Source: Bdellovibrionia bacterium
GTDB lineage: Bacteria; Bdellovibrionota; UBA1018
Assembly (NCBI GenBank): GCA_049424145.1
Contig: JBMSSC010000007.1
Span: forward strand, 1 to 42,364
DNA length: 42,364 nucleotides
Direction of reading: 5' to 3'
The notes under the pieces are model-generated. The model was not told the origin of the DNA, made no database searches, and was given only the letters and a program-made list of their open reading frames with translations. Shown here one piece after another: positions 38,959-42,364 of this stretch. How positions within the stretch are numbered: the stretch's first letter is position 1; each line of letters begins with the position of its first letter. Position numbers and translations under genes: made by a program.

Positions 38959-40305
38959 ATGAGAGTGCCTGAGAAGCTAGCGTTTGGATTTGGGAAAGAA
39001 TTTGAAGACTTCATCACCCGTTTTTCACTTGAGCAGGGGTTGATCCCGGATGCTTCTTCTTTATCTTCCACTCGCTACCTGAATCGGTGCATCCTGCCCC
39101 ATGTTCAAAAGCTCTCTCAACTATTTAATCGAAACAGTTTAGACCCAAAGCATGAACCCAAAAACCAACGCTCTCCGCTGAACGCCTATTGGAAGGAAAC
39201 CTCCAACCCGGAGCACCTGCGAGCGGCGTACTTTCTTTCGTTCATGCCCGCCAACCTCTACCGGGTTGCCTCCATCTGGGCTGAACTGAGAAGACTCGGC
39301 TTTCAGTGGTCGACGGATTCCGTGCGAGCCATTGAGTTGGGAGCTGGCCCTGCCTCAGGAGCCTGTGGAATCATGGCAGGAGAGAAGTTTGCTCCCGTAG
39401 GGCTTCCCTCCTCCTTATCTTGGGCTTTAGTGGAACAAGATAAAAACATGCTTCAACTCGGTGCCAGCTGGCTTGAGGCCTACACCTCTTACCTCGGGGG
39501 TCCCCACTCACAGTCCTCGATTCGGACCTTTCACCGAAAAATCGACCTCAAGCAGGGCTTCTTGCCGCGAGGTGCGCCTCAGTTTCACCTTTGGATCATG
39601 AGCTACTTTCTCAACGAGTCGGAGTTCTCTCCCCGTGAATTAGCCGCCCAACTCATCACGGCCTGGCAGCATCACTTAGAAGACGAGGGCGTGGTGATTT
39701 TAGTTGAACCAGCTCTTAAACTTCAGTCTCGTCAACTTTTAGAGCTCCGAGCGGAGATTCTCCTGGAGGCTCAAAGGCGGAAATTGGACTGGCTCAAGCT
39801 TCTGCTTCCGTGTCTTGGACATCAAAATTGCGGGGCTTTAGCCTCGCCTGAGGACTGGTGTCATGAGGAGGTGACGTGGTGGCGCCCTCCTTACTTTAAG
39901 GCGATTGATCAAAAAGCAGGTTTAGACAGAAAAACCCTTCCTTTTAGCTACTTAGTTTTCATTAAAACCCAGCGCAGCAGAACTGAGGTCCTCCCTGCCC
40001 TAGCCTCTCCGGAGCTCAACCCAGTGCGCCTAGTGAGTCCCGCTTACAGCCAGGGCCAGGACCTTGAGTTCTTCCTCTGCGGCGCCGAAGGAAAGCGAAG
40101 GGCCCGAGTGCATCAAAAGAAACTCCAAGCAAGCACTGCAGAGAAGGACCCCGCTCTGCAAAAGTCTTCCGAAGGAGAAACCCCAGAGCCTCAGGCTACA
40201 CGTAAAAAAGAAGCCTTGCTCCAACGAGGGGATATTCTTTTAGATACTGAAATTCGAGGAGATCAGAACGCCTCCCGAATTGAATCGCTGCTCCGGATTA
40301 TTTAA
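38959..40305 (+). CDS. Rsm22/METTL17-like small ribosomal subunit methyltransferase family protein
   Basis: AYFLSFMP, IELGAGPASG, SYFLNE, LVEPA, PCLGHQNC...DWCH, FSYLV. Confidence 0.8.
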   Translation: MRVPEKLAFGFGKEFEDFITRFSLEQGLIPDASSLSSTRYLNRCILPHVQKLSQLFNRNSLDPKHEPKNQRSPLNAYWKETSNPEHLRAAYFLSFMPANLYRVASIWAELRRLGFQWSTDSVRAIELGAGPASGACGIMAGEKFAPVGLPSSLSWALVEQDKNMLQLGASWLEAYTSYLGGPHSQSSIRTFHRKIDLKQGFLPRGAPQFHLWIMSYFLNESEFSPRELAAQLITAWQHHLEDEGVVILVEPALKLQSRQLLELRAEILLEAQRRKLDWLKLLLPCLGHQNCGALASPEDWCHEEVTWWRPPYFKAIDQKAGLDRKTLPFSYLVFIKTQRSRTEVLPALASPELNPVRLVSPAYSQGQDLEFFLCGAEGKRRARVHQKKLQASTAEKDPALQKSSEGETPEPQATRKKEALLQRGDILLDTEIRGDQNASRIESLLRII

Positions 40306-40357
40306 TTTTTATTTTTTTTTACTTTAAATGTGACAAATGAAATGCTAGAAAGCGGCC

Positions 40358-42271
40358 GTGAACTTAAGAAGTCAAAAAAACGGCCTAATCGTCCTTTTAT
40401 TCAACCTCTTTCTCCTCTTGGGTTCTACGGGGTGTAGACCTGAGCTTCACTCCGCAAGTCCGGATTTTGGACCTACTCATGGAAACACCCGGGTCCAGTT
40501 TTTCGGAAAAAACATCAAAGAGGGCGCAACGGTCAAAATCAATGATAATGATTGTCCCGTCATCGAAAGAACCGAATCGAGTATCACCTGCATTACCCCG
40601 CCCGGTTTTTTTGGATTCCCCTCAATCCGCATTGAAAATCCCAATGGGGAAAAATCAGAATCTTTTTACCTCTTCAACTATCAAACCATTCGTCCTGAAA
40701 TTACGCTCATCACTCCGAATCATGGAATGAGAAATCAAGAGACCCCCATTGAAATTTATGGAAACCACTTCCCTCAGTCCATGTCGGTTTTGATTGGAGA
40801 CACGCCCTGTAGAAACGTCCAGGTCCTCTCGGAAAAACGGGCGACTTGCCGAGTCCCGGAGCATCTACCGGGAGGAAGCCTCTTGAACTTAAGCATTCGG
40901 ATTCAAAGGCACAATTGGTCTTTAGACGCTCCTTTTTTTGACTTTCAAAGACATACCTTTTATGGAAGTCACAATTTTCCTCAGGTTACTTTTCAAGTCC
41001 TTTCTCCTCGGACTTCTGAGCACCGCGCGCCCGAAAGACCACAGAGCAACCCAAATCCACGACCGACACCGGTTGCCGGGAACCCTGGGATCAATCACCC
41101 CCCTCTACAGGTTCCGAATTCAAGCTTCCATCGGGCTCCCATCATCAATAACGTCTCTATTTTGAATCCGCACCGAGAGAATTTGATCCCCGATTTTTTT
41201 TCTACTTTTTTAGTATTCGGGGAAAACTTTGAGGTCGGCTCCGAAGTTCATCTCCTGAGAAATGGAGACGAACTCACGCATCTGTCCATCACCCGATGGG
41301 TGAACTCCTCACAGCTTGAGTGCTTAGTCTTTCACTTGAACCCCCATGAACCCTTTGAGATCTTTGTTCTCAACCCGGCTCCCACTCACCTCATGAGTAG
41401 CATCTTTCCAATCCGAGAGGACCTTGAAGAGCAGACTGAGCGGACTCCTCCACCTCCCGAACCCCGCCCAAATTCAAGAACTCAACGCCCGACCACGCAA
41501 ACCCAGGCTCGATCCTTTCCTCATCCAAGAACTGAGGTCGAGCTCTTAAGCCAAGGGCTCCATCAGAGAATCCAAACCAACCAGTTCATCGATTCCCTAG
41601 AGTTTCAAGGAGAGCGCATCCACTTTAACTCCACCCTGAATCCAGAGACCCAAACTCAGCATGGGAACTCGGATCGCTACACGCTCTTAGATCAAGCCGT
41701 GGCCTCAGAACTCGGGCTCCAGCGCGGCGTCAACTACACCGGAGCACAACTCCTGGAGCAGTTTGAAGAGCGGGATTCCTCCGTGTGGGAGGTCCTCAAC
41801 CAAGCCATCCGTGAGGGAAGGGCTACCAAGCAAAGTGGCTCACCTGACCCTTTTGCTCTACGAGAAGTCAGCCCGGATCAGCAAAACCAAATCACTCGCA
41901 TCCGAAGTGAAATCCAAAGCCGACTCAGGGAACTCAACCGCGAGCATCAGACCCCGTTTTACGTTCATCCCGCTCATCTAACTCGACCCGGAATCGCGAT
42001 TCACACGGACCCTGAGGAAAAAGACGTGTTTTTATCTCTTTTAAACGCCATTCTCGATCGAAGAGAGCCTGAGTTCATCGCTCAGCTCGTAAAACTGGCC
42101 ACCTTTTTTAACGAGGAAAACCAAGCCGCTCGCAATGAGATCATCGAAGTCTTCTCTCATCTTTATGTCATGCAATCTTTTCCGTCGCGAGGACTGATGG
42201 TGAATTACTTTCACTTTCTGCTTCGATGCGGCCAAATCAGTTCCACGAACCTCATTTTTTGGCCCTGGTAA
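40358..42271 (+). CDS. Lipoprotein with 2-3 IPT/TIG domains, Pro-rich linkers and an unknown C-terminal domain
   Basis: Lipobox GSTGC; SPDFGPTHGNTRVQFFGKN...SITCITPP; TPNHG...IEIYGNHF...ATCRVP; third repeat VFGENF...SQLEC. Confidence 0.8.
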   Translation: MNLRSQKNGLIVLLFNLFLLLGSTGCRPELHSASPDFGPTHGNTRVQFFGKNIKEGATVKINDNDCPVIERTESSITCITPPGFFGFPSIRIENPNGEKSESFYLFNYQTIRPEITLITPNHGMRNQETPIEIYGNHFPQSMSVLIGDTPCRNVQVLSEKRATCRVPEHLPGGSLLNLSIRIQRHNWSLDAPFFDFQRHTFYGSHNFPQVTFQVLSPRTSEHRAPERPQSNPNPRPTPVAGNPGINHPPLQVPNSSFHRAPIINNVSILNPHRENLIPDFFSTFLVFGENFEVGSEVHLLRNGDELTHLSITRWVNSSQLECLVFHLNPHEPFEIFVLNPAPTHLMSSIFPIREDLEEQTERTPPPPEPRPNSRTQRPTTQTQARSFPHPRTEVELLSQGLHQRIQTNQFIDSLEFQGERIHFNSTLNPETQTQHGNSDRYTLLDQAVASELGLQRGVNYTGAQLLEQFEERDSSVWEVLNQAIREGRATKQSGSPDPFALREVSPDQQNQITRIRSEIQSRLRELNREHQTPFYVHPAHLTRPGIAIHTDPEEKDVFLSLLNAILDRREPEFIAQLVKLATFFNEENQAARNEIIEVFSHLYVMQSFPSRGLMVNYFHFLLRCGQISSTNLIFWPW

Positions 42272-42364
42272 AGCCAAGCCTCTCTCTCATGAGAGGCGGC
42301 TTCAGTCTCATCGCTTGCTTGAGCTGATCGAATGATTCTTGAGCGCTACTCGCCTCGAGACTCC

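Noticed and set aside
1..42364. tRNA/rRNA genes, IS elements, integrases, defence systems
   Set aside because: None recognised in the intergenic regions or ORF translations.

Overview
A gene-dense bacterial chromosomal segment, probably from a Bdellovibrionota/Oligoflexia-like or other former deltaproteobacterial lineage. This is inferred from gene content and order only. The housekeeping blocks are: prmA and a very long Rne/Rng ribonuclease; a six-gene nucleoside-catabolism operon (deoC-deoB-pdp-punA-cdd-amidohydrolase); rplU-rpmA-obgE-nadD-rsfS-gpmI; pfkA; sdhCAB; comF; aspartate kinase; an MltD-like transglycosylase; murJ; a DUF507-like gene; and an Rsm22-like methyltransferase. Interspersed are exported orphan genes, several with AT-rich flanks. 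The most interesting are (i) a Lon-type AAA+ ATPase module with a signal peptide and no protease domain; (ii) a secreted orphan with a caspase/legumain-like (clan CD) His-Cys dyad, next to a tandem pilin-like protein and an M4 metalloprotease with a sigma-54-type promoter; (iii) an intact but catalytically degenerate biotin-carboxylase/BCCP fusion lacking the biotin-accepting lysine; and (iv) an IPT/TIG lipoprotein with a possibly Fic-like tip. Several long or intercistronic non-coding regions appear strongly structured. I saw no rRNA, tRNA, CRISPR array or transposase. All calls come from manual motif recognition; no searches were run.
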